64,000 nucleotides of DNA, taken from the NCBI GenBank assembly GCA_965113315.1, contig OZ220372.1. One strand, 5' to 3'. Positions 24,642 to 37,710 of the stretch are shown one piece after another. Under the pieces are notes generated by a model that was given only the letters and a program-made list of their open reading frames with translations, did no database searches and had not been told where the DNA came from. The position numbers and the translations under genes are program-made. The stretch is from Podarcis vaucheri (Eukaryota). The stretch's first letter is position 1, and each line of letters opens with the position of its first letter.

Positions 24642-27600
24642 AGTTTCAGGGATACCTGCTCATTCTGAGTAGTACAGAGATTTTCCACAGCTGATGTATT
24701 TGATAGCTTAGATTACTTGCTGAAGTCAGCCTTGAAGGAGTTTATCTTAAAAGAAATACTGGTGTTCCTTTGGGATGGAGGCTCTCTGACTTCACACACA
24801 GCCTATGATTGTGAAATAGGAAACACAGTCTCTAGCATTAGACACTGAGAAGGTTTCAAAATGGGAGAGAAAAAGAAAGATTATCCAGGTCTCCCTGGAG
24901 ATGGGGATTTGCAGTATTGCATAAATTCAGGTTAAGAAGATCCTGGATGTGAATGTGCAGCATTGTGCAAATGTGCAACAATAGATACCTATTTTCTGGT
25001 TTTAAGCACATACAAGTGACTGTGAATACTTACAGCTAGGTGATTGTCAGGTAGCGTGTCGCCAAGATTTCAGATATTCACAATTCTACTCCCCTTGATA
25101 CTAATGCCATTCAACATGTGCATTCCAATATACATCAACATTTGAACATTTACTGCAATAGATGTAGTAAATCTTTTGCCTCCAATGAATTTCAACTGTG
25201 GCAGTGTGTGTGCGTGTGATTCCATACTCTCAGTTATGTATTTATTTAAAAGCATTCTAAACAACACAGCAGTTTACGTAGAAAAAAATGCTGTCCATGC
25301 AGCTAAGACATGGTAATTCTGAATTCCAAAAACACATGTATCCATGAGAAGCTTAGTGCTGTGCTATATTTTCAGAATTAGATGGCTTACAGCTCTAATT
25401 CAAAAAATGTTCTGGAGACATTGGAGATAGTATTTTCATATGAATGCTGAATATAAGAAAAAACAGTACTTTCAGGTAATTAGGCAGTTTTGTAGGATGT
25501 TTCATGCTGTCAAAATGGTATAATGTGTAAAAGAAATACAATATTACACTATAAATATTAAGAAAAATATTCCAGAAATGCTCCATTTTAAGTGTAAAGC
25601 ACATTGTTTCCTCTCCTCGTAATGGAGAGTCTACTGTGTCAGCTCTGCAGTGTTGTGTAGAAAATTATTTGTAAAAAGAACATGCCCGGAGGGTCTTTTT
25701 TTCAAGAGGAGAAAATGCTTTTAAAGTAATCCTAGATCTGAAGAGTTCCCAGAATGCAACAGGATTCAGACAGACATGAAAGCATACTCTGTATTACGTG
25801 ATGATGATGTGAATGCCCGTTGTGTGAAGTAGGTTCAGTTATGTAGCCCACTCCTTAGACAGCTGATTGACTACTAGGTTAAAAAGGCAGGGTACATATC
25901 TTTAAAGCAGATCTCTGGGTTGAGAGGCCAACTGAGCAGGTTCAAACAGGGTCAATGTGAAAGCACTTAGATAGGAATGGGATAACTTACCTTGCCCACA
26001 TTTTCTGATCTCCGCCAGAAGAGAAAAATCTGATTTGATGAAGTTAAATCATACAAAAAGGACACACATAGCTAAGATCTGTGTAGTGGAAAATTTTAAT
26101 AGAATAAAAGTCCCTAGCACTGAAAGATCTTGCAGTAAATGGGGGGGGGGAAACTAGTGACAATTTATTTGGAAAAGGGTTAGTTCCCATACATATTCGT
26201 AGCAGGAGTGGGGAACCTCTACCCTGTGGTTCAAGTGTGGCCCTCCAGGCCTCTCTAGTCTGCCTCTGACCCTGCCCACCACTGCCTCATGGCACCCCAG
26301 AACTTGTCCATGAGGGAATGGGGCCCTTGGACTGGGGAAAAAAAGTTCTTCACTCATTTTATAGCTACAATGTAACTCGCTGACAGCACTTGTAAATGGC
26401 CCATGGGACTATCTATGAGCTTATTCAGTGAGAGGCCCATTGTGGGAAGGATGTGGCTCTCCAGAATGTGCACTGCAGATCCTATCATTTGTTTTCCATA
26501 GATGGGCATGGCTGTCAGTGTGGACGTTCTGATTTTCTTGAGTTTTTCTTCCTTGTTCAGTGGCCACCCAATGGACCCATCATGTTCTAAGATAACTTCT
26601 TTTCTTTGTCTTACTAGCCAAGTTCCTGGAACCAGTCTGCAGGTTAAATTAAATTAGAAAACCTGCCCTAAATGATGCCTAGTTACTTTGGATCCAGAGA
26701 CTCTAAGGCCTTGATAAGATATTGCCCTTCTGAATGTTCTCCTTTACAGAAAGGCAAACATAGAGTACTGTCCTTGTAATTGTGCTACTGACTGCCTCTC
26801 AAAATGAAGGTTTTCTGGTAATTGTAATAGCAATAGCTGACATTTATGCATTAATATTTATGCAGGGTTATATTAATTTGCCTTTTAAAACAGACTCAGA
26901 GTACCAACGTGGAGATTCTAAAAGACAAGCAGAAGACACATTTTTATCCTTCACAAATAGGAATTTGTGACTGTGTCCCATTCTTAATTATGAATATTCA
27001 TTGCCTGTTCTTTATCACAAACACCCTTACTGAAGTGGACTATCTGATCAGCTACCTGTCAAGTAGATTTTATTCATTTTGTTGCTTGATGGATTGAAAA
27101 TTCAGAGATTCCCAGAATAATGTGCTTCTGTGGGGCCAGGTTAAACCACCCCATTCTGCTAGCAGAAACCAATGCAAGGACTCCCACTAGCTCCATGGGG
27201 CTATTGTCCTGCTTCCCCCGTTGTACTCCATGCCTCCCTTAGATCTACTTTGTAGGTTCAGGAGACCTCCCAGAACAGTGCTTGGGAAATGAGAGGAGAG
27301 ATCATTTTGCTGAGTAAGCAGAAATCCTGCACTGAATTCCACCTTATGTTTATTTATCATCATATGTATCCAAATGAAGAAAGGATGAACTTGATACCCA
27401 AGCAAATCCTGGTTTCAGGACCAATACTTTGTGTTAAGGCAAACACAGGCTATTGTTTCCATAACTGGGCCACTATGCACAATAGCTACTAGCTCATACC
27501 TTCACCATTATTACCAGTATTTACATGTAATTTGCATTTTGGCAAGGGTATAACAGATGTATTATTCCAGACTGGAAACCCCTTTTGTGTTATCTGTGTG

Positions 27601-28815
27601 ATGGGGCTCCATGTGATTAATAGAAAGCTGAATAGTGGTTTTCACCAGCCCTAGACATCTGCACATTGAACATGGCTTCCTGGATTTGTATCTATCTCAT
27701 TACAGGAGCAGTTAGTGGTGATGGTCACTTTACTATTGGCCAGCATAAATCTGAGGTGGTGGTAGAATGCAATGTGTGTAATGCCTATGGAGTCTGAATG
27801 ACATATTCACTAAAATGATAATATCCTCAAGGGTTCCTATTTGGCATATTACAAACCTCATTTTTTTATATAAGGCTTGAATAAGAGCTGTATCTTTCAT
27901 TTCCTGTTCTTTATACTTGTACAGTATTATTAAATTTTAGGAGAGTTTATTACCTATGAACTTCTCCTGTGGATAGCACAGTCTTTAAATAAAAAGAGCT
28001 CAACAGTCTAGGCTTTTTGCACTCCTGTTTGATAGCTTTTAAACTATGTCCTATCATGTCCTTAGAAAAATTAAAGCCTAGTTTGCTAAGCCAAGAATCG
28101 TAACATAGGAGCCTGCAGCAATGTTTAAACATGCACTGGAAGGAGCGCAGATCAGATCAGCGCTAGGAAGTAGACAAATAGCTATCCTTCCTGAGGTTAT
28201 CACTTTAACATGGTATTTGTTTTGGGTATTCATCCCCCAGAGTTTTATTGCATACTTATTTGGCAAAAAAGATCTCTTTGACGATAGTCCTGAGGAAAAC
28301 AAAATGGCTTGTAAGTTTTCATTAACACAGGGTAGAGGTGGGGGTGACGCTGCATTTTAATTCCATCAGTAAATATCAGTTTGTCTAAACTCCAGGAAAA
28401 CACACACACACACACACATATTATCTCTCCTGCATTTTTTTCTTCCTGAGCTGAAAGCTGATTGCACTGCTGTTATGAAATAAGCAGGCCTCTCAGCTTT
28501 CAAACACACAAGCCTTGAAATAAACTTAAACACAGAAATGAGAAAGAGGCCTGGAATTGGCGGAGGAAGCAGAACTTCAGAACATGTTCAGTGCCAGAGG
28601 CAGATTTCCTCCTGAGGCAAATAGCAGCTTCGGGGTGAAGGGAAGTAATTTTCATTGAGACCACAACACAGAGTGAAAGAGTTAAACTCCTCCTTATGCA
28701 TTGCTGCCCTGATCCTAATCAGCCTGTTCCTGGAGTTGGGGTGAGGTGGGGGAATGGGACTAAGAAACCTTTGCTCCTTCATCATCCACAGAGACAGTGT
28801 AATGTTAGACTGTTG

Positions 28816-28878
28816 TTGCAGGGTGTTGGACTAGATGATCCTTGTGGACCCTTTCAATTCTACAATTCTATATGATTC
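28816..28878 (+). mobile_element. CR1-type 3' tail (CR1 LINE or CR1-mobilised SINE)
   Basis: TTGCAGGGTGTTGGACTAGATGATCC...CCCTTTCAATTCTACAATTCTATATGATTC is the canonical CR1 3' end with ATTCTRTG-like terminal units. Confidence 0.8.
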
Positions 28879-29084
28879 AAAAGAGGTAGTCTATGTTAAT
28901 GGAGTCAACAATGACTGTCCAGCACCCCATCCCCTTCTTCATTTGCAGCCAATGAGAGCATGTGAACAGCTGTATATGAATGCCAGCTGGGGAACACACT
29001 GCTTAAGGCACTGAGTTGTATTTATGTGAACATTTAATGTCCCACTGCTCAAACACACCAGGATTTGCAGAGCAACTCAGAGAA

Positions 29085-29640
29085 ATAAATTAAAAATCAA
29101 TAAAGCCAATAAAAGTATAAGAACAATGCAATATGGCAATGAAGGGCAAAATGCCAACATAAGATAAACTAAAAAGGGGGGATTCCAGAGCTGAGGGACC
29201 AGAAGTGTGGACAAAACAGAAAAGCACACACCTCACCTTTGATGGCAGGGGAACCAAGATAATATCTGAATATATGACTAAGTTTGTGTAAAGAAGGCAG
29301 TTCATAAGGTAATCTGGTCCCAAGCCATTTAGGGTAGTAAACATTAAAATTTGTAGCCAGTGTAGCTCTTTTAGGAAACTGACAAGATATGCTCCCCAGT
29401 GCTTCAGCTAGTTAGCGACATAGATGCTATTTGCACCAGTTGTAGTTTTTGCATAGCCTTCAAGATCAGCCATTCACAGAGCACTTGTCAGTAGTCCTGT
29501 ATAGATGCTATTTGGACTTGGATAGCTGTGACCAGATGAGTTTTCCAGGCCTAGCCACAGCTAACATATCAGCCTAAGCTGATGAACAAAGTCAGATGCA
29601 GAACATTCAGGACCCTGGACAGAGCCAGACAACTTGTTCC
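29085..29640 (-). mobile_element. L2-clade LINE 3' fragment, decayed
   Basis: Minus-strand peptide FTTLNGLGPDYLMNCL matches the L2 ORF2 C-terminal motif (YKALNGLGPxYL), followed by a T-rich 3' UTR. Confidence 0.75.
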
Positions 29641-32600
29641 ATCAAAGGCTCAGTCTGAACTGGTGCTGCTGTAGCAAGCAGGCTCAAGGGAGTGTTAATT
29701 CCCTGGGGACAATGATGTCTGTGTTGTGATCTGGCTCAGGGACTACACTTGGGCTCTGGGGGTCTTGCCATTAAGACAGTGAGATGGGTTGCTGGTGTTG
29801 CCTTGTTTTCTATTGTGCTTCTGTGAGCGCATAACATCACAAGTACATTATGTCAGAGCAAAGCTGGCATTAGTAACAGACACTGTAGCAAAATCAAAAG
29901 TATGATTTTTATAACAGAAAGGCAGAAAAATGAAGAACAATGGACACAGCCAATGGAAAAGGGGAGAATGTATTTTACAAGACTGCTGGCAGTTATCAAG
30001 GAAAGCTCCATGGGAATCAAGGTAAAGGCACTCTGAACCTTTCTAATCATCAATATGCATCCATTATGAAAAATATACTTTCAACACTTTCATCTGAGAA
30101 ATTAATCCATGTTCCACTTTTGCAACTAGGCTGAAATATTGAATACTTGCTTCAATATAAGCACTTCTGAAAACTATGCCACAGGTCTTATAGAAAGTCC
30201 TGTTAAGAAACAGCACCAAGGATCCTGATTGCCATTATGATATCACTCAAGGCAGGGTATAATACACTGAGAAACATCACCAGGTTAAGAAAGTATATAT
30301 ATTTGTCTGTCTGCATTACTTCCTAAAAATAGGTACATGCAATTAGTTAATTAATTTAAGTATACTGCACTGTATTGGCTTTTTGAGTTCTGTGATTTGT
30401 CATCCACCACCTTCTTGTTGTGCATCACTTCTTTACAGAATCCTTCAGTGAATGAAATGTGGGAGCTGTCATTAATAAATATGAAATACTAGTGCTGTAA
30501 TATCAACACTGCAGCTGGTATCTGAAATTAGTAGCACAGGAATAAAATAATCATGGTAACGGTAACAGTAGTGCTTTCTATCAAAAGCAAGAACATCTGG
30601 CAACACACAATGCAATTCTGTGCATGTCTGTTTGGAAGTCCCAAAGATTTCAGATTGAGTTCAGTGATTATACTCAGGTATGCTTGCATAGGGATGCAAC
30701 CATTGTCATTTTTTATTTAACACTTTCTTTGGTAGCACATGATGACATGATTTTGCCTTGACTGCACAGGAAATATCACCCTGGAAATATTTAAATCTAG
30801 ATGCACTTCTTTACTCTGGCTTTTGACACCTGAGATGCGAGTTTTCCAGACTAACCCTATTCTTGCAACTGTGATCACTTTCAGCCTTTTAAAAATCCTG
30901 AACTTTAAATTGTTGTAACCTGTATTGGGATCTGCTGATGAAAGGTGGGTCATAATTTTAATCATAATCATAACCATAAATTGCTACAGCACATATCCTC
31001 AGCAACCTTAACAATACTCTCAAAAGAAAGGAAATGTTTGGGGAAAGCACAATATTTTAAAGGGCATGTGATAATATGGAGAAAGGGGCATGCTTTTAAA
31101 AAATGTAGTGTGTGTGACTTTGTATGTTACAATGAAGCACCAGTAGAGAATGTGAAGTTCCTCCTCTTCCCTTCTAGTGTGATGTGGGAAGCAGTGATTT
31201 GTGCATCTCCATTGTGATGATGTATGCAAATGCTGTGTGTCTATGGAGTTTATGTATCTCATCACATGAAAGATCAACAGGCCACTGTTTTGCAAATTAT
31301 ATTGAAGCTTGAAAAGGAAAACATTTAGTTCTTTATGCATCCTTCATGTAAGGGATTTCTTTAGAACTTGTGAGACTATCCAGAATACATATTCAAAGCT
31401 TTTAACATCATAGGTATCCCTTCTCTTCCTGAACTGTACTCATAATCTCATTATTAAGTTGGGTGCTGAAACATTTTCTTAGTATAACTTAATATCTAGT
31501 GTGATATTCTTCCTGGACGACCGCTACATTAATCACACTTGAAGCAGACCCTTTGAAATCAACGGCCTTAACTAACCTAAGTCCATTGGTTTCAGTAAGT
31601 CCACTCTGAGTATGTCCAATGTTGGACAACACTCACTGTGATTTTGTGGTTCAATCAAATGCAGCCCTCTTATTTTGAAATATTTTTAAATTAAAGACTT
31701 CGGATAAATAGAGAAAATAGCAAGTTGAGTTGGAAACAAAGGATAGCATTGCTTTTCTAACTGATCCCCAGAGAAGTGTAATTCAAAGTGAGTTTTCAGC
31801 ACTTACTCAGTGGACAGCATCCCTTCTTACATGCAGTGTGGTGCATAGACCACCATGGCATGGCTTGGAGAACTCTTCAGGCAGAGATAAAGTATGTTCA
31901 AAATTAGCTATTTTTATAGTGTCTAGAAGGGGCAGGTGGGTTTGGATGGGCAAAGAGATGAGGTTCCTGACACACACAAGTTTGCAGCTAGGAAGGGTTG
32001 GAAAAATTAACCCAGAAAGTCCCTGGAGGCTGCTGTCGATCAGGGATAATAGCATGGACCATTCATTTGATTTATAGGACAGCTCCTTATTACTGTTGGT
32101 AGATGGAAAGTTTTCCACACAGGCTATCAAACAGTTCAAATTTCTACTGCCACTATGCACCTCAGTCCACATGTTGCAAATTCTCTCATTGAAATGGGAT
32201 GGATATAGTACATAGGAGGTTGGTGGCCTCTATAATGTAACTCATGTGTCTGGCATGTAATATTTGACTAGTCACAACTTTTAGAAAGTAGAACACTAGA
32301 AATTCTAATTTTAGATTATAACTTTGTGGCAGAACTTAAGTAGGAGAGTGCATGCATTCACACGTGCAGCCCCAGATGATACCGCTCTGGATGCTGATAG
32401 ATTAGGAGCAGCTACCGAAACGACAGTTTTGACTATGATGCCCCATGGCAAAAACGTAGCATAACATTTAAAATATTTTAGTTTATATAGTCATTTTTAC
32501 TAGTTACAGTTGCCTATTTCCTCAGAGCTTTAGGGTAGCTCCGGTTCATAGCTTAATTGGACACTTGTAACCCACTAAAAAGAAAACAAAAATGTGCTTA

Positions 32601-33119
32601 ACCGAACGTGTTGTTACAGAGCAATTATCTGATCAATTCATAATGAACACAAGCTGTAAAGACCTCTGAGAACTACGCTTTCTACTTTACTTCAGCCCTG
32701 AATGCTATAAAGTCCATAAAATTCAGATCGAGATTAGTTTTACTATGGCTAGAGAAAGAATGTGGGAGAAAGATAATGCGAGAGAGAGCGAGAGCGAGAG
32801 ACAGCGAGAGAGGGTGTTTTCCCCCTTAGCTCAGGCAAATCCCTGTAGCATTGCAAAGGGAAAAGATGGCATTTAATAAATTAATAAATAAATGCATGAT
32901 CAGCTTCGGTAGCCTCAGCGTACAGGAAAAGAGGTAGCCCCTTACTTGCTTGGGGGGTGAGGAGGTTTTGCTTTCAATTTGCCCCTCCCCTCCGCAGCTC
33001 CTGCATCTCCCTTTCGATGCCTCTCTTTTGTTGGTCTGAAAAATGCCATGCTGTAAATTGCCTGAGATTTAGGGGGGCGGGGAGTGGGAGATGGAGAAGA
33101 GGGCGGAGGGGGACGTGGG

Positions 33120-33126
<7 letters not shown>

Positions 33127-33162
<36 letters not shown>
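33127..33162. repeat. (AG)n microsatellite upstream of the CpG island
   Basis: About 18 perfect AG units. Confidence 0.98.
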
Positions 33163-33165
<3 letters not shown>

Positions 33166-33247
33166 CAGGTCACCCGGGCGACTGCCTTTCCATTGCAGAG
33201 CTTGAGCTTAAGGTGGAAAGAGAGAGGGGTTCTGGGACACAAACACC

Positions 33248-33250
<3 letters not shown>

Positions 33251-33318
<68 letters not shown>
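33251..33318. repeat. Compound (TC)n(AC)n microsatellite
   Basis: About 22 TC units followed by about 12 AC units. Confidence 0.98.
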
Positions 33319-33389
33319 CCTTTGACAATTCCAAAGACCAGTTTGATGTCCTTGGTTGTCATTCGCAGGGAACTCCCTCCCCAGCCCCC

Positions 33390-34340
33390 CCCCTCCCCAG
33401 CATCTCCCCGCTGGAAGAGAGCGCTGGGCGGCTGGGCGGCGGCGGAGGGAGGCGAGAGCAGAGCGATGGAAAGGCGAACGTAGCCATGGGATGGGCGCAG
33501 CTGCCGCCTAAGCAAAGCCCCACCTAGGAATCCGGCCGGCGGATTGGCCGCGCGGCGAGCAAGCCCCGCCTCCCGGCCAATGGGGCCGCGGCGGCTGGGC
33601 GATGATGCTCTTGCCTCGCTGTGGAGGGATTCCGGGAGAAGCTGCAGAGCCCGTGATGCTCCGGCCTCGGCTCGGCCCGGCCCCCCTCCCTGCCCGGCGC
33701 CTCTCCTCCCCCTCCTCCTAGCCTGCCTGCCTGCTTGCCTGCCTGCCAGCAGCGGCTGAAACTTAACCCCCAACGCAAAGCCCAGCTTGCTGCGAGGCGG
33801 GGAGGGGAGGGAGGGGGGACACTACGCGGACCTGCTCCTGGCGCCGGTGTGCGTGCGTGCGTGCGCGCGCGGGGTGTGTGGGAGGTGACTGGCGTCCCCG
33901 CACACTTTTGAGTGCCATTATTATTTTGGCGGGGCTTTGTTATTGAAGTCTGCCATCCCGGGAGAGGCGCAGCGCGCGAGGGAGAGAGAGAGCGAGAGAG
34001 AGAGCAAGGCTCTGAAGGACAGAGCGCGCCCGCTTCGCCGGTTGCCAGGTAAGGCAGCGAGCGTGGAGCGGCACTGCTTGCTGCTGCTTGCAGGGGCTTC
34101 TTGGCGGCTCCCTCCCGCCTCCTGGCTCGGCCGGGGTCTCTCGGAGTGTGTGTCTGTGTGTCTGTGGAGAGAGAAAGAAGCGGGGAGCCAGGCTGAGGAG
34201 GAGCACCCGGGTGGCCTCTCTCTGGAAAGGGCGACTGGCTGGGGCGGGGGGGGGGCAGCACATGTTTCTCCCTCAGCCCCTGGGAAAGCAGTTTGGCCCG
34301 TGGCTGCTGACTTGGGGGAAGCAACGGGGGTGATAACGGT
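33390..34340 (+). promoter_or_regulatory. CpG-island promoter of an unidentified gene
   Basis: The only long GC- and CpG-dense non-repeat tract in a CpG-depleted window. It has ATTGG (33543-47), GC box CCCCGCCTCC (33564-73) and CCAAT (33577-81). Confidence 0.88.
33700..34048 (+). other. Probable non-coding first exon (start approximate)
   Basis: Strong donor CAG|GTAAGG at 34048/34049, inside the island and downstream of the CCAAT/GC boxes. No + strand ATG seen between ~33660 and the donor. Confidence 0.65.
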
Positions 34341-37300
34341 GGGGAGAAGCTGGGCTGGGTGGACGTCTGACAATCTCCACCCACTCCGCTCCGAAAAGCC
34401 CTCCACCCACCTACTGTTTCTCTTCTGGAGGAAAAGTCAGCTGGTGGGTGACATGGGGTGAAATGGAAAGAGGGGGAGGGGTGGAGACGGGGGGGGCAAT
34501 GAATCCTGCCTGCAAGCCAGTGACGGAAACAGGCTCCAAGCAGTGTCCAAAGCAATGAAACTGCTTCTAAGGCAGGAAGCAGATCTTCAAAGCTCCTGCT
34601 GACGGGTTGAAGGGGAATCAGCTTCCGAAAGGATCTGTTTGCTACTTGTTTTTCTTTTCCCTGAGGGAACAACAACAACAAAGGGGGTGTTGGGGAAAAA
34701 AAAAGTTAATTGCAGTTCATTTTTAAAGTGTCGACCCCTCTGATTTCACATCTCTTCTCCTAACCATTGATTATTTGATAAAGAAAGAGTTTCTGCATCA
34801 ACAATTTCCAACATCAGGTACCAAACCAACCAACCCTCAACCCCCAATATCTTTGATTAGCAGCTTAAGATTTCAGTTGCATCCTTTCTGATGCACAGCA
34901 TTGTAAGCTTTGATACAGAAATAGGTGTTATTCTCCGGCAGTATTCCCTAAAGGACGGGCAAGGTTTTGGTTGTGATGGTTGTGGTAATGGCACATGACT
35001 AAAGTGATGCTTTTGAAAATACTGATTGTCATGGATCTCTGATCTACCCTTCCTTGTAAGATTTTAAAATTTGTATTTACATTAAGCATGCCCCTTTATT
35101 TCTCCTTCATAGTTTTCTTAGTCTTTTTGCTTCATCTTGGGGCAATTTATAATGGCCTATTGATAATATATCCATGCCATATGGTGTTAGTGGTGTGGTT
35201 AAAAACAAAATGCATGTATGCTTACTTGCATGTTAACAAAAAGTTAAAGAAGTAAAAAAAAGTTATGGAATTGGTTATTTTTTCCCTTAATAACACAGTG
35301 TCTCTTGATGTTTTCTTATAAAGACATCAAGCCGTTTACTGGAGTATAGTACGTAAATTAAGCAAACTCATTGGAATGAGGCTTCATAGCATTCTGTAAT
35401 CTTCAACATTCTGTAATTCAATCATTGCTGATACAAGCTGCCTTTTACCATTATTCATCAGACCCAGCTGAGTGATTTCTGTCAGATGGGAAGTGGTAGG
35501 AAGAAGTCTCTAGGTAAATGTAACTGGAAAGCTTTCCAAGTAGAGTTCTAAATGAGCAGAGAACAAAAATACACGGCCACAATCTGTAGACGGTATTAGC
35601 ATTCTAATAAATCTTTCCTTCCAATTGTCATGGGAGATGTCAAGTTTTGTTTTCTTAATGTTGATTTGTGACTGGAGGAGAGAAACGGACCTCTGTGCTT
35701 CTGACCTTGTGAATTTTAGTAGAAAATGCCATATTTCAGCAGCTGTTTCCATGTTTTTCAAACACTCTGGGTTCTCTTCAGAGGTCAGCCAGTATATAGT
35801 CATTTTAGATACTTAGGTGTTTTAACCCCACAGTATGAGCCTTATTTGTGCAACCACATTTCGAGCTGATGAAAAGCTGTCCTAGTTTTGCCCAGATTCT
35901 CTGTGTCTTCTTGACTATTGTTAATGGCAAGAGTTATTTTTAATTCTAAATCGGATATAACAAACAGATTATAAGGACAGACGTTCGGTTGAGTCAACAG
36001 AAAGCCTCACAGGGTTAATCTTAAATCCTACGTTTAAAACCACAGCAGCTGAAACTTGATGTTTTAAAGAGATATCATCTAGCTGTGCTGGCAGTGAATT
36101 ATATCTGCTAAATATGTGTATGTTTGACATCCATTCATTATGCTGGAATGGAGACAGAAAGCAAAACCTTCAGGAGACTTCAGATTGCTAAGAAATACAG
36201 TGTCTCAAATGAATAAGTACACCTGATCTATTCCAGAGGGATAGCTATGCTCATCTATTGTGGCAAAAACAATGAAAAGTCTTGTGGCACCGTGAAGGCT
36301 AGAATATTTAAGGTGCTGCAAGACTTTTTCTTATTTACACCTGACCTAGTTTTATGTCTAGGGAGACATTTAGGAGTTGTTGCTGTTTTAGTCTGGGGAA
36401 AGAAGTGTCTGCCTAGGGTAAGGTCTAGATTAAGGTAGCATATTACTTTGTTCTGGTACCTTGGAATGTATGAAACATACATGACTTGAGAATTGAGAAG
36501 TAGAGTGGGGAGTCACCCACAGTACTCATCTGTACTGGTGTATTTCCATTAAATTGTCAACAAGTCTACTCCATTATAAGAGGTCTTCGAACCTAATTTG
36601 TTTCTAGTAAAAACCATAACAGGAGGCAGATACTGTGAACAGAGCAAATTTTGAAATAGAGCCACAGGACATAGGATAATGGCATGCTGTTGGAAATTAT
36701 GAGTGTTGCAGTTGCAAAAGCATGAAATGCTTCTCTGTAGCTATTTCATTCCAACATAATCTTCCTACACATTAAAAGAGTGCTTAAGTGAGCTTTGTTA
36801 ATGAATGATGACAACCTGCTAGCTCTGTTTTAAGAGATTTTATGCCAGAATTAGGAGTTTGATCCCACAGTTCAAAACCTGACTCTTCTCTCCCCCTTCC
36901 CACTAAACGAATACAAAATATGTCATGCTTAACTCATCTGACAGTTGTTCATATCAAATATATAACGGGAATTATGGGATAAAGCTGTATTGTATGTTGA
37001 TGGTTCGTAAGACTGCTGAAATTCCAAATATAAGTATCTTGCATGGAGTTTGTAGCAAAGGTTGTTGGAGAGATACAGAGGTAGAAGGGGACTACTTGAT
37101 GGAGAGCTGAGAAAAGTATATACATATTTGTCCAGTTACTAGAATAATACTAATAACCAAATCGAGGTTAATGGTAATTGATGGATTTATACAGTTAGTT
37201 TATTACAAATATTGTGCAGAATTTAAAGACATGTTTTACAAGTTACCCTTCTCGAAGCCCCAATGTGATTGATGTGGCTTTAGATGGAAATTGAAACATT

Positions 37301-37623
37301 TGTTCACGTTGTAGCCTTTTTTGTTTATGCAAAGATAAATGAGGATTAAAAAACAGCAAACTCAGTTTTATTATTTGAGACATACAGTATTCTGAGACTG
37401 TTAAAATACTTGACAAGCGAGTCCCATAAGGTATTATGAAAGTTGAGTTCTATGTGTTGCTAAATATTGATGATGACTATATATTTTTTCCAGCCAAGGC
37501 ACTATGTCTAGTATTCTAATGGTAACTCCCTCCCCCCCCCCGGTAATACTATATATATTTCTCAGAGCTGTAGACTCTGTGACCTTAGTATACAATTCTA
37601 GAAGTAAAAAATGTATGAATAAA

Positions 37624-37710
37624 GCTGCAATTCTCTACCTACTTACCGAGATGTAAGCCCCATTAACTTAATAGGACTTACTTCTGAGTAGGCATGCAGA
37701 GGAATGGCGG
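37624..37710. repeat. ~85-bp palindromic dispersed repeat
   Basis: Core GTAAGCCCCATTAA-C-TTAATAGGACTTAC, homologous to 39173-39253. Confidence 0.7.

Noticed and set aside
33524-34681. 385-aa minus-strand ORF and other long ORFs over the CpG island
   Set aside because: Low-complexity Pro/Arg/Ala/Ser translation expected from stop-poor GC-rich DNA, no recognisable domain, and several frames are open at once.
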